From: Candidatus Saccharimonadota bacterium | GTDB taxonomy: Bacteria > Patescibacteriota > Saccharimonadia > Saccharimonadales > Saccharimonadaceae | Assembly: GCF_025273655.1 (NCBI RefSeq) | Contig: NZ_CP045921.1 | Coordinates: 330,001 to 362,000, forward strand | Length of the DNA stretch: 32,000 nt | Direction: 5' to 3' | Shown here: one piece after another, positions 21,908 to 29,781 of the stretch | Position numbering within the stretch: the stretch's first letter is position 1 | Layout of the letters: every line of letters begins with the position of its first letter | Position numbers and translations under genes: made by a program | The notes under the pieces: generated by a model | The model's database searches: none | Told to the model about the DNA's origin: nothing | The model's input: only the letters and a program-made list of their open reading frames with translations

Positions 21908-24214
21908 CTACTTCTTGCGTCGTGGAATGCGCTTCTTGGCGGCTGGTGCGTCGGCAAGCAGTTGCTTGGCTTGCTCGTGAGTGATACTTTTTGGTTCGGT
22001 ATCTTTTGGAATTTTAGCGTTTTTCTTGCCGTCGGTAATGTAGGGGCCGTAGCGACCATTGAGTACTCTGATACCATCGCCGAAGTCAGATATATTCTTT
22101 TCCGCTTCTGCCTTGAGCTTCTCGGCGTAGAGCTCGAGCGCTTGGTCTAGAGTAATGTCGTGCGGGTCGAGAGGTTTAATGCTGACGAAGAGTTTACCAA
22201 TCTGGATATAAGGCCCAAAACGACCAATGTTTGCCTTGATGTCTTCGCCCTCGGCCGTCTGGCCAACAACACGGGGAAGCTTAAAAGCCGTGAGTGCTTG
22301 CTCAAGCGTGACTGTCTCTATCTTGGCGCCAGCAGGCATGGGTGCGAACTGTGGCTTCTCGGTGTCTTCACTACTGCCAAGTTGAAGCATGGGTCCGAAA
22401 CGGCCGAACCGGGCGTAAATCATCTTCCCTGTCTTAGGGTCGTTGCCAACTTCTTTCTGCGCGCCGACCTTGCTGCGATCTATGCCGCCAGATTGTTCGA
22501 TAAGCGTATGAAATGGCGTATAAAATGCCTTGAGCATGGCATTGCGCGCCAGTTTGTCTTCTGCGATGCGGTCGAATTCTTGTTCTACATTGGCAGTGAA
22601 GTCGTAATCAACAACCTGCTCGAAATGGTCACCCAGGAAATCGGCAATAAGTTCGCCGGCTGGTGTTGGTACGAGTTTACCTCGGTCGGCGCCGGTTTTT
22701 TCTTGGACAACCTCGCGTCCAACGGCGCTGCCATCGTAACTCAGTACGATCACGTCTCGTGGCGTGCCCTCGCCTTCACCTTTGATTACATAGCCGCGTG
22801 TCTGCACGGTATCAATGATGGTGGCGTAGGTACTTGGGCGGCCGATGCCAAGTTCTTCGAGCTTCTTTACTAGGCTACCTTCCGTATAGCGGGCTGGTGG
22901 ACGGGCGAAGATCTGTTTGGCATTCGCTTCGTGTAGCTGCAACGTGTCGCCACTTGCCATAGCGGGCAAGATATCAGCCTCTTTCTTGCTACCGCCGTAC
23001 ACTTTTAGGAAGCCTGGAAAGACAATTACTTCGCCTTTGGCTTCGAATTGTTTGTCGCCAGAGCTAATCGCAATCGTGACGGTCGTTTTCTCAAGTTTGG
23101 CGGGTGCCATCTGGCTGGCGAGCGTACGCGTGCGGATGAGATTATAGAGTTTCTGGTCGTATTCGTTACCACTACCCTTCTCTAGTCGCATGTCGGTTGG
23201 ACGGATGGCTTCGTGGGCCTCTTGGGCACTCGCGTTTTTTGTCTTGAATTGACGCACCTGTGAGTACTCGGCGCCAAATGCCGAGGTAATGAAATCTTTG
23301 GCGCTCGCGATAGCTTGGCCAGACAGATTGGTGCTGTCGGTACGCATGTAGGTGATCTTACCTTCTTGGTAGAGCTTCTGGGCACTGCTCATTGTTGCTT
23401 TGCTGCCGAAACCAAGTTTGGCGTTTGCATCCTGCTGTAACGTACTGGTGGTGAAAGGCGCGGCTGGATTGCGCGTAGCCGGGCTTTTGGTGACATCGGT
23501 AACACTAAAAGTAGCACCGTTCAGACTTTCTAAGAAGTCTCTAGCTTCGTCTTCGGTGTCAAAACGCTGTGGCAGTTCGGCTTTTACATCTTGGCCGTCG
23601 TGTTGGAATACGGCGGTGACCTTGAACTGGAACGAGCCTTCGAACTCACCGATTTCGCGCTCACGCTCTACAAGCAGGCGTACCGCCGGGCTCTGGACGC
23701 GACCGGCAGATTTGCCTCCGGGTACCTTTTGCCATACGACAGGACTTAGCTCGAAGCCGACGATACGGTCAAGTATCTGGCGTGCCTGCTGGGCAGCCAC
23801 GAGGTTCATATCCACAGTGCGTGGCTCCTTGATCGCTGCTTCGATCGCTGGTTTTGTGATTTCATGAAACACGATACGTTTGGTGGTGGCGGGATCGAGT
23901 TTCAGGACTTCACAAAGATGCCAGGCTATGGCTTCACCTTCGCGGTCTTCGTCGGTTGCAAGCCAGACGTTGGCTGGACCGACATTTTTTACTTCTTTAC
24001 GTAGTTCGGCGACAGTCTTTTTCTTTTCTGGGTCGATCTCGTATTGCGTCTTAAAGCCATTGTCTACATCAATCGGTGGTGTGCCATCTTTGGTTTTTTT
24101 CACGATAGAGCGAATATGACCGATACTCGACAGCACATGAAAGTCACCCCCGAGGTACTTCTCGATGGTTTTTGCTTTTGCTGGGCTCTCGACGATAACT
24201 AGATTTTTGGCCAT
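21908..24214 (-). CDS. topA: DNA topoisomerase I
   Basis: 768 aa with the Toprim N-terminus MAKNLVIVESPAKAKTIEKYLG. The C-terminal domain has repeated GRFGPY-type modules (RFGRFGPMLQLG, GRFGPYIQIG, GRYGPYITDG) and a Lys-rich tail. No Cys4 zinc fingers are present. Confidence 0.95.
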   Translation of the reverse strand: MAKNLVIVESPAKAKTIEKYLGGDFHVLSSIGHIRSIVKKTKDGTPPIDVDNGFKTQYEIDPEKKKTVAELRKEVKNVGPANVWLATDEDREGEAIAWHLCEVLKLDPATTKRIVFHEITKPAIEAAIKEPRTVDMNLVAAQQARQILDRIVGFELSPVVWQKVPGGKSAGRVQSPAVRLLVEREREIGEFEGSFQFKVTAVFQHDGQDVKAELPQRFDTEDEARDFLESLNGATFSVTDVTKSPATRNPAAPFTTSTLQQDANAKLGFGSKATMSSAQKLYQEGKITYMRTDSTNLSGQAIASAKDFITSAFGAEYSQVRQFKTKNASAQEAHEAIRPTDMRLEKGSGNEYDQKLYNLIRTRTLASQMAPAKLEKTTVTIAISSGDKQFEAKGEVIVFPGFLKVYGGSKKEADILPAMASGDTLQLHEANAKQIFARPPARYTEGSLVKKLEELGIGRPSTYATIIDTVQTRGYVIKGEGEGTPRDVIVLSYDGSAVGREVVQEKTGADRGKLVPTPAGELIADFLGDHFEQVVDYDFTANVEQEFDRIAEDKLARNAMLKAFYTPFHTLIEQSGGIDRSKVGAQKEVGNDPKTGKMIYARFGRFGPMLQLGSSEDTEKPQFAPMPAGAKIETVTLEQALTAFKLPRVVGQTAEGEDIKANIGRFGPYIQIGKLFVSIKPLDPHDITLDQALELYAEKLKAEAEKNISDFGDGIRVLNGRYGPYITDGKKNAKIPKDTEPKSITHEQAKQLLADAPAAKKRIPRRKK

Positions 24215-24371
24215 ATATATGTGTACTCGCTTACGCTTAGTGCTCTATCCAATTAAGCACAGTGAGTGATTGTAGGCAAATAGTTCACACTCGTCAAGAG
24301 GAAGTACTTATAAATAACAAACTCGGCAACCATGGTACGGGGCGTATCGGATGATAAGTGAAACGAGTTGA

Positions 24372-24420
24372 GGGGTACTCCCGCCAGATGACCGATTGGC
24401 CTTCATGGAGGGAGTACCCC
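24372..24420 (-). terminator. Long hairpin downstream of the lipoprotein gene
   Basis: GGGGTACTCCC at 24372-24382 pairs with GGGAGTACCCC at 24410-24420, giving an 11-bp stem and a 27-nt loop with an inner GCCA/TGGC. There is no clear U-tract. Confidence 0.4.
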
Positions 24421-24430
24421 GTGGATGTGG

Positions 24431-24880
24431 TTACTGGCAGAGTCGGATCCAGGAGAAGGTCTCCGGGGCGGTACCGATCAAGCCGTTCTGGCTGAATTCA
24501 TCGACCTTCAGGCCGACGACTTCCATAGCACTCGGATCGAGTGATCGTCCGAGATTGCCTTGAGTTCCGTTGGCGTCTCCGGCGATGACGTTGACGATGC
24601 TCATTGCCTCGTCGAACTCCAGCCGCAGTTCGCTTGTGCCCCAACCGGTTGCACTGACGGCCGAATTCTTCTCATTGCGACTGAGGCTAATGGCGGTGAT
24701 CTTGTTCTTGCAGTCGCTGAGACCACGCGCATCACGCTCAGTGCCTTGGTCTTTCTGCTGCCATGTCGAACTCGGCACTGCTGTATCGGCTTGCACCGGC
24801 TCATCTGAGCCACAGGCTGAAACGCTGATGACGGCCACGCACGTCATCAAAAAAAGAATGACAGCTCGTAGCCGTCTCAT
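24431..24880 (-). CDS. Putative lipoprotein (hypothetical)
   Basis: MRRLRAVILFLMTCVAVISVSAC is a basic n-region, an h-region and a lipobox-like VSAC. An alternative GTG start at 24895 would coincide with the predicted TSS. Spot counts give ~60% GC. Confidence 0.6.
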   Translation of the reverse strand: MRRLRAVILFLMTCVAVISVSACGSDEPVQADTAVPSSTWQQKDQGTERDARGLSDCKNKITAISLSRNEKNSAVSATGWGTSELRLEFDEAMSIVNVIAGDANGTQGNLGRSLDPSAMEVVGLKVDEFSQNGLIGTAPETFSWIRLCQ

Positions 24881-24901
24881 GTTAATGTTACCCACAATTT
24901 T

Positions 24902-24930
24902 ATTTTATCATAAAAATTATAATAAGTCAA
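24902..24930 (-). promoter_or_regulatory. Promoter TTGACT-17-TAAAAT for the lipoprotein gene
   Basis: On the - strand: TTGACT at 24930-24925, a 17-nt spacer and TAAAAT at 24907-24902. Confidence 0.6.
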
Positions 24931-24940
24931 ACATGAGTCC

Positions 24941-24970
24941 GCCGCGCTTCTTTATCACAAGAAGCGCGGC
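24941..24970 (-). terminator. 12-bp perfect hairpin after the 97-aa gene
   Basis: GCCGCGCTTCTT-TATCAC-AAGAAGCGCGGC, starting 18 nt downstream of the stop at 24988. The U-tract is weak. Confidence 0.5.
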
Positions 24971-24987
24971 ATGATTGTTCGGTAGAC

Positions 24988-25281
24988 TCATGCAGGAATT
25001 AGCTCGGAGAAGCCGCCAGCGTAGAACTTGCGGGCATCGGCAAAAGCAGTTTCAAGAGACAGTGCAAGTGCAAGATGTTCGCCGGTGCGTGGCAGCTCTA
25101 CCACGATCCCACGGGTTCGTGGTAGAGCTGTAATCGAGGCACCTGGCTCATTTGTGATAACAAGAGATTCCAGGTCCTGATCATCGTAGCCTGCACCTTC
25201 GAGCAGATTTACTCCGTCTGGCCGTATCCGGCATATGTCGTAGAACCGCCGTGCCGGCGAAGTGATGCTGTAGAGCGTCAT
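24988..25281 (-). CDS. Small cytoplasmic orphan protein (hypothetical)
   Basis: 97 aa with a strong SD (AAAGGAG, 5 nt before the ATG). No TM helix or signal peptide. I recognise no family motif. Confidence 0.5.
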   Translation of the reverse strand: MTLYSITSPARRFYDICRIRPDGVNLLEGAGYDDQDLESLVITNEPGASITALPRTRGIVVELPRTGEHLALALSLETAFADARKFYAGGFSELIPA

Positions 25282-25496
25282 GGCGACTCCTTTTTACAGA
25301 ATCTTCCGAACATCCGTCGGGAGGTGTCGGAGACTTTCCGACGGTTGAAACTAGTATATGCCAGATGGCAGTTGGTTGAAAAGGCTTGGGTATGTTTTTA
25401 GGGCGCCGCACGGTGGCGACGCCCTTTTAGAGGAGATTCCTCTGGGTGAATTCTTGGCGTTGTGCCATGTGCTCACTTGGGCACATGTGGTGCCAT

Positions 25497-26078
25497 CTAC
25501 GACACGGGTCCGATGCACATCGACACGGTCCCCTTGGTGATGGGATCATCGAAGGCGTCGGAGTTCAGAACGAACTTCTCCTGAACCTGGTCCATGCCAC
25601 TTAGAACGGCCGTGTTGTCGCCGACGAAGAACGCTGAGACGCGCTTCTGCGCCCCGCCGGAGACAGTCACGGTCAGTCGACCGTCGTCCCACTGACTCGA
25701 CAGAGTCGAGTCTCCGTAGGCGCGTGGGGCATCGTCGGGTCCGGGTATGGTGACATTCTCGGCACTAACGCACTTATTTCCGGTTCGTACGCTGTCGACG
25801 ACCTGCTGGGAAGTCTGCATGCGAACGGTGACAGTGGTGCCGGACGACTCGTTGGAGTCCAACTGCTTCCATGTGAAGATTCCGATTGCCGTCAGAGCAA
25901 TCAGGGCAAGGAGCCCTACGAGAGATCTGACGATTTTTCGCTTCCGTCCGTTGCCCTGCTTGAGCATCGGCTGCGGGTAGGGGCTGTTGGTCTTCGGGCT
26001 CGGGCTGGTGTCTGTACTCAAGGCTATCCCCTTTCTGTGTAGGAAATCCCGACTCGGTTGAGTGGGAATGATAGCCAT
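25497..26078 (-). CDS. Bitopic membrane protein with an extracytoplasmic domain (hypothetical)
   Basis: 193 aa with a Pro/Ser-rich N-terminus and KRKIVRSLVGLLALIALTAIGIFTW as a signal-anchor. The ~120-aa external domain has two Cys. The start is uncertain: the internal Met38 at 25967 is also possible. Confidence 0.5.
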   Translation of the reverse strand: MAIIPTQPSRDFLHRKGIALSTDTSPSPKTNSPYPQPMLKQGNGRKRKIVRSLVGLLALIALTAIGIFTWKQLDSNESSGTTVTVRMQTSQQVVDSVRTGNKCVSAENVTIPGPDDAPRAYGDSTLSSQWDDGRLTVTVSGGAQKRVSAFFVGDNTAVLSGMDQVQEKFVLNSDAFDDPITKGTVSMCIGPVS

Positions 26079-26082
26079 GTAT

Positions 26083-26110
26083 ACATTAGCATAAATATTT
26101 TAAAAGTCAA
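26083..26110 (-). promoter_or_regulatory. Promoter TTGACT-16-TAATGT abutting the start codon of the membrane protein gene
   Basis: On the - strand: TTGACT at 26110-26105, a 16-nt spacer and TAATGT at 26088-26083. The ATG at 26078 follows only 4 nt later. Confidence 0.45.
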
Positions 26111-26191
26111 TAGCTGAAAGATCAAAAGGCAGAATTGTCATCGCATGTTATTTCGAACTTGATCCGGAATGACACAGCGTATGCTATGTTG

Positions 26192-27049
26192 CTATCTCAA
26201 TGTCCACTGATTCGCTCCCAACGCACGTAATACCCCATTGATCTCGAGCATTGTCAGCTCAGTAGAAAACTTGCTGGCGTCGAGCCCACTCGCACGCTGG
26301 AGCTCGTCGCCGTCGCGTAGGCCAGTTTGTAGAAGCTGTATGATTGTATTTTGGGCTTCATTGTCACCTAGTAGTATCTTAATCTGATTATCAGAATTGC
26401 CTGGCATAATACTTTCTAGGATATCCCCTGCACAAGTAACCGGTGTGGCGCCCTGACGGAGTAATTGGTTGCAGCCAGTACTTAATGGGCTTGTAATATT
26501 ACCCGGCACCACAAAGACTTCTTTGCCCTGTTCTAGCGCCCTGGCTGCTGTAGAGAGCGTGCCGCTGCGAGCGGCTGCCTCCGTAATCAACACTCCGTCA
26601 CCAAGCCCGCTCACAATGCGGTTTCGCTCGAGAAACCGGTGTTGCATGGGTGGCATATCTGGTTCGTATTCGCTCAGGATGGCACCGCCGCTCGCGAGTA
26701 TGTCAAGCGCAAGCTGCCTGTGAGTGCGCGGCGTGATCTGTGACAGGCCATTCGCCAGGACTGCGAGCGTGGTGCCGCCAGCGTCGAGTGCGGCCCGGTG
26801 TGCGATACCATCTACTCCTAGCGCCAGTCCGCTGACGATAGTGACACCTCTTTTTGCCAGCTCGTAGGTAAGCTTGTAGGTTACCTCTTCTCCGTACTTT
26901 GTAGGCTTACGAGTGCCGACAATCGTCACCGTAGGTTGACGTTCGTATGGTAATGTTCCGATATAGTATAACGCTTGTGGCTGTGGAATTACAGAGGTAA
27001 GAATTTTTGTATAAGCATTTTCATCTGGAGAAATTTTGTTGATTTTCAT
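26192..27049 (-). CDS. dprA: DNA-processing protein DprA (Smf)
   Basis: 285 aa containing IVSGLALGVDGIAHRAAL, FLERNRIVSGL and ARSGTLSTA, the characteristic blocks of the DprA Rossmann-like domain. Confidence 0.9.
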   Translation of the reverse strand: MKINKISPDENAYTKILTSVIPQPQALYYIGTLPYERQPTVTIVGTRKPTKYGEEVTYKLTYELAKRGVTIVSGLALGVDGIAHRAALDAGGTTLAVLANGLSQITPRTHRQLALDILASGGAILSEYEPDMPPMQHRFLERNRIVSGLGDGVLITEAAARSGTLSTAARALEQGKEVFVVPGNITSPLSTGCNQLLRQGATPVTCAGDILESIMPGNSDNQIKILLGDNEAQNTIIQLLQTGLRDGDELQRASGLDASKFSTELTMLEINGVLRALGANQWTLR

Positions 27050-27068
27050 AGTTTATATGTGAAAAGTG

Positions 27069-27097
27069 TTGACATAATGAAATATAAATGCTAATAT
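27069..27097 (+). promoter_or_regulatory. Near-consensus promoter TTGACA-17-TAATAT firing away from dprA into ORF-free DNA
   Basis: TTGACA at 27069-27074, a 17-nt spacer and TAATAT at 27092-27097. Confidence 0.6.
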
Positions 27098-27407
27098 GAG
27101 TAACGATTGATTGATCTGCGAGGTCATTCAAACGAACCTTATACCCCCTATTCTAACTTATGTTAGGTTGTGTGCAATGTGTTCTCTAAGTAATCTACCC
27201 TCCGCTTTTTGAACTCTATTTCAGCAAAATTGCCGATATAGATCCGCATTGCATGCATACTAACCCCTTTAACTGCCCTTTATTTCAAAGGCGGACCTCT
27301 TGTTAGCGAATATTAAGTATTGACCTCTTGGTCAGGCGCACACCTTATGGAGTTTTGGTGCTGACGCTTCGCTGCTGGGATGCCCGGGTGGGTTGAAGGG
27401 TGAAACG

Positions 27408-27444
27408 GCGCCAGGTGATGCCCACCCTTACCTGGCGCTTTTTT
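27408..27444 (+). terminator. Intrinsic terminator (+ strand)
   Basis: GCGCCAGGT-(13 nt)-ACCTGGCGC forms a 9-bp stem followed by TTTTTT. Confidence 0.7.
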
Positions 27445-27540
27445 GTTGGGAATATATAGGACAAACCTACGGTTCTTCCTATCGCGCGGGCAAAATGGAA
27501 TACATTTTGTCCGGCTGGGCTTTTCCCTTTAGTTGCAAAC

Positions 27541-27567
27541 AAAAAACCGGAGTCAATCCGGTTTTTT
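27541..27567. terminator. Bidirectional intrinsic terminator
   Basis: AAAAAA-CCGGA-GTCAA-TCCGG-TTTTTT. Confidence 0.6.
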
Positions 27568-27602
27568 GTTTGGTTGAATATTTGGCCATAAAAAGCGAAC
27601 TG

Positions 27603-27630
27603 CCCCGCCACTCTAGTATGAGTGGCGGGG
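27603..27630 (-). terminator. Intrinsic terminator after the 113-aa gene
   Basis: CCCCGCCACTC-TAGTAT-GAGTGGCGGGG forms an 11-bp stem. On the - strand it is followed by CAGTTCGCTTTTTAT. Confidence 0.65.
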
Positions 27631-27646
27631 CGAGTTTGACGGTGAA

Positions 27647-27988
27647 CTAGAGCGCGGCGAGCAGGTATGCCACTTCCCATGGGGAGATGCTGTACACGCT
27701 GACGCTCGTGCTGTGAGCGCTGCCATCGAGTGCCCTCTTCGACACCACGAGCTCACCTCGTGGCGTGTAAGAGAATGCCGTCTGACCGATACGCTTGAGG
27801 CGTGTTGGCCAGAAGACCCCCTGTTCGAGGCGTTCCCCGCTCGATTCGAGGATCCGCGGAAACTCTACGAGTTTCCGCGTTGTGCCGAGTCGAAGTCGCT
27901 TGATTGGGTTGAGTGTGTTGAGCTCCTGGCTGCGAGCAACCAGGAGCTCCAGGAGTTCTTCCCGACTGGTCTTGACTGGAGCGGTCAT
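27647..27988 (-). CDS. Orphan protein, 113 aa (hypothetical)
   Basis: SD GAGAGGAAGCAC precedes the ATG. It has its own promoter and terminator. No TM helix and no motif I recognise. Spot count gives ~57% GC. Confidence 0.5.
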   Translation of the reverse strand: MTAPVKTSREELLELLVARSQELNTLNPIKRLRLGTTRKLVEFPRILESSGERLEQGVFWPTRLKRIGQTAFSYTPRGELVVSKRALDGSAHSTSVSVYSISPWEVAYLLAAL

Positions 27989-28076
27989 GTGCTTCCTCTC
28001 GGATATCTCGTCAAACTCGTCCTGAGAGTGACGGGTGACGGTTGATGTCTCTACTGTCTCTCTACAAAACTATGGT

Positions 28077-28105
28077 ATAGTAACTTAAATAGTGATTTTT
28101 GTCAA
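28077..28105 (-). promoter_or_regulatory. Promoter TTGACA-17-TACTAT for the 113-aa gene
   Basis: On the - strand: TTGACA at 28105-28100, a 17-nt spacer and TACTAT at 28082-28077. The leader is ~80 nt. Confidence 0.65.
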
Positions 28106-28170
28106 GCATGAGCAGAAATGACTCACCCGCCGACCTAGTGGCCGGCGGGCATGGTGGATCAGACGTAGGT

Positions 28171-28578
28171 TCACCATTGAGTCGCCGCATGACGCAGCTC
28201 GCGAGCCAGTACGCGCAGCTTGCGCCGTGTTTCATAGTTTGCCAGGCGGAGGCTTTTGGCACTCAAGTCCACCTGGAGCGGATCGCTGAAGCCCAGGCGA
28301 TCAGACATGGGACGTGCCACGATTGCTTGGCGCTCCGTGTCTAAGTAGAACGCGAAGTTGCGCATCTCGCCTGTAACTCTGTCGAGTGCGATGGCTTGTG
28401 CTTCGACGAACTCACCGCCGCCAACAGGCATATACTTGAGCTGCTCTACTGCACCCTCGGCACATACCTTAGGTAGAACCTGGGCAAGCGTTTCAAGCGC
28501 AATACCAGCGCGCCTATAGCTCGGTTTGGTATAGCTGGCCGTGTTCGCCATACGGCGCGGCCAAGTAGCGAGACTCAT
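28171..28578 (-). CDS. Orphan protein, 135 aa (hypothetical)
   Basis: SD AGAGAGGAAATC precedes the ATG. A hairpin, CCCGCCG-(10 nt)-CGGCGGG at 28126-28149, lies downstream. I recognise no family motif. Confidence 0.5.
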   Translation of the reverse strand: MSLATWPRRMANTASYTKPSYRRAGIALETLAQVLPKVCAEGAVEQLKYMPVGGGEFVEAQAIALDRVTGEMRNFAFYLDTERQAIVARPMSDRLGFSDPLQVDLSAKSLRLANYETRRKLRVLARELRHAATQW

Positions 28579-28686
28579 GATTTCCTCTCTGTCGATGATC
28601 GTATTGCTCTATTGGTGTGAGCAATGCCTAGCATTGTAGCATAGTCGCCTTTTGGTGCAACTTAGGCTATAGTGTGTAATAGAATT

Positions 28687-29763
28687 ATGTCTGACGCCCA
28701 CCCACTCCGTATCTTTTGGTTTTCTGGCTTACTGACACTGGTGTTGGCTGGTGTCGTGGGGTACTTCTCTGACAACTGGGTGCAGGCGTTGTGGATTTTT
28801 ACTATCTTGGTGGTGCTTGAAGTGACACTGAGCTTTGACAATGCCGTGGTGAACAGCAAGGTACTAGCCACGATGTCGAAGTTTTGGCAGATGATTTTTC
28901 TCACAGTGGGCATCTTCATCGCGGTGTTTGTGGTGCGATTCCTGCTGCCTATCTTCATTGTTCAGCTAGCAAGCGGTCTAGGTTTCATGGAAGTAGTGAA
29001 CCTGGCGATGAGTAACGCCGAGGAATATGGCAAAGTGTTGCATCATGCTGCGCCAATGATCGATGCGTTTGGCGGCGCGTTCTTGCTAATGGTCGCACTC
29101 AGTTACTTCCTTGACCGAGACAAGGATGTGCACTGGCTCAAGAAGATTGAGCCGTGGCTAGCCAAGGCTGGACAGTACGACAATATGCGCGTCTTCTTGA
29201 TGCTACTACTCGCGGCTGCGCTCTATTTCACTGTCGGCGAAGAGTATCGCAATATTGTGCTTGTATCGAGCGTATTAGGCATATTGCTCCATCTGGCACT
29301 GGGGCTACTGGAGTCGTTTTTTGCGAGTCACGAGCAACATGAGGCCGCCAAGGCTAAGGGCCATAGTGTCAAAGTGAAGACGGGTATGGCGGCGTTTGCG
29401 AGCTTCATGTATCTAGAGGTGCTTGACGCATCATTTAGCTTCGACGGCGTCATCGGCGCATTCGCGATTACCTCGAGCATCTTGCTAATTATTTGTGGCC
29501 TTGGCGCAGGTGCTATCTGGGTGCGCTCTATGACGGTATATCTGCTGCGTGCCGGCACTTTGGCTAAATATCGTTACCTCGAGCACGGAGCCCACTGGGC
29601 GATATTGGCACTTGGTACGGTGATGATGATCAAGCTCTATGGGGCGGAACTACCAGAATGGCTCATTGGCGGCTTAGGTCTTGTGTTTGTGGTGACGGCT
29701 ATTGTATCGAGCATCCTCGAGAAGCGACGCATGGATCATTATGCTGTTGCTAAAAAAGCTTAA
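28687..29763 (+). CDS. TerC-like / DUF475 family integral membrane protein
   Basis: Polytopic. LEVTLSFDNAVVNSKVL and a second LEVLDASFSFDGVIGAFAIT repeat are typical of the DUF475/TerC superfamily. The ATG at 28687 is preferred over the track start at 28672. Confidence 0.7.
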   Translation: MSDAHPLRIFWFSGLLTLVLAGVVGYFSDNWVQALWIFTILVVLEVTLSFDNAVVNSKVLATMSKFWQMIFLTVGIFIAVFVVRFLLPIFIVQLASGLGFMEVVNLAMSNAEEYGKVLHHAAPMIDAFGGAFLLMVALSYFLDRDKDVHWLKKIEPWLAKAGQYDNMRVFLMLLLAAALYFTVGEEYRNIVLVSSVLGILLHLALGLLESFFASHEQHEAAKAKGHSVKVKTGMAAFASFMYLEVLDASFSFDGVIGAFAITSSILLIICGLGAGAIWVRSMTVYLLRAGTLAKYRYLEHGAHWAILALGTVMMIKLYGAELPEWLIGGLGLVFVVTAIVSSILEKRRMDHYAVAKKA

Positions 29764-29766
29764 GTA

Positions 29767-29775
29767 TGATATAAT
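29767..29775 (+). promoter_or_regulatory. Extended -10 promoter TGaTATAAT 6 nt before a start codon
   Basis: TGATATAAT at 29767-29775, and ATG at 29782 with no SD. This is a textbook leaderless arrangement. Confidence 0.6.
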
Positions 29776-29781
29776 AAACTT

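Noticed and set aside
22160-22873. 237-aa + strand ORF antisense to topA (also 23400-23867, 22917-23147)
   Set aside because: It lies wholly inside topA, whose - strand frame has unmistakable Toprim/topoisomerase motifs. There are no start signals, as is typical of an antisense open frame in GC-balanced coding DNA.
24215-26191. Mobile-element boundaries (att-like direct repeats, integrase or transposase) around the GC-richer cassette
   Set aside because: I saw no recombinase gene and no flanking direct or inverted repeats by eye. I therefore call it an insertion-like cassette, not a defined mobile element.
27345-27680. Track ORFs 27345-27680 (-) and 27393-27650 (+) in the dprA upstream gap
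   Set aside because: Both read straight across three hairpin/T-tract terminators, and neither has an SD. The region is better explained as an sRNA/terminator locus.
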